Below are positions 63,601 to 64,000 of a stretch of DNA of 64,000 bases, piece by piece. The translations under genes were made by a program, and so were the position numbers. Every line of letters begins with the position of its first letter. Within the stretch, counting starts at the first letter, position 1. The stretch is from Takakia lepidozioides (taxonomy: Eukaryota; Plantae; Bryophyta). The notes beneath the pieces were generated by a model. It saw only the letters and a list, made by a program, of their open reading frames with translations, was not told where the DNA came from and did no database searches. The stretch covers positions 28,024,001 through 28,088,000 of the forward strand of contig CM060734.1 of the NCBI GenBank assembly GCA_030704615.1, given 5' to 3'.

Positions 63601-64000
63601 AGCTGGTAGTCCAACTCCATCCCCCAGCATGGAAATTCGGCGCTGAATCTCCATCCTAGGGGGTTGGATGAAAAGTTCTCAGGGGGAGAGAAAGCCAGCT
63701 AGCGGCTCAACTCCATCCCCCAGCATGGAAATTCGGCGCCGAATTTCCATCCTAGGCGGTGGGATAAAAAGTTCTTGGGGGGGACAGAGCTAGCTGGCGG
63801 CTCAACTTCATCCCCCAAATATAAATTTGGCGCCGAATTTCCATACGGGCGGGTGGATGAAAGCTTGTCAAGGGGAGAGAAAGCCAGTAGGGAGCCCAAC
63901 TTCATTCCCTTGGATGGAAATTCGGCGCCTAATTTCCATCCTAGGTGGTTGGATGAAAAGTTAGCGGGGGGAGAGAGAGCCAACTTGCGGCTCAACTCCA
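63600..64000. repeat. ~95-bp tandem repeat centred on palindrome GGAAATTCGGCGCCGAATTTCC (runs off the window end)
   Basis: Units centred at ~63631, 63727, 63823, 63916. Confidence 0.85.

Overview
Eukaryotic, almost entirely transposon-derived DNA: a nest of degraded and partly intact TEs. GT-AG introns, AAACCCTA teloboxes, non-chromoviral Ty3/Gypsy elements and a CACTA transposase point to a plant, probably an early-diverging streptophyte (inference). Contents: (i) several Ty3/Gypsy elements, one full-length (12575-25201, TSD GAGAT) with a ~4 kb extra ORF after pol; (ii) a CACTA element from 29345 with a Tnp2-type transposase and an adjacent SET-domain gene; (iii) a ~15.4 kb Mutator-like element (32323-47726) inserted cleanly into that transposase, with a partial second copy at 1-4755; (iv) a Gypsy element with a C5-cytosine methyltransferase between protease and RT and a PHD finger after integrase; (v) a second Mutator-like transposase and further gag fragments. 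The best candidate for an undescribed system is element (iii). It carries a ~10-exon gene fusing a ParB/Srx-like domain to a beta-class N6A/N4C DNA-methyltransferase-like domain, dense arrays of a 22-bp palindrome (GGAAATGCGGYRCCGCATTTCC) and a divergent pair of paralogous unknown genes. All domain calls are by eye from motifs; no searches were run. Many ORFs have frameshifts, from decay and/or long-read indel errors.
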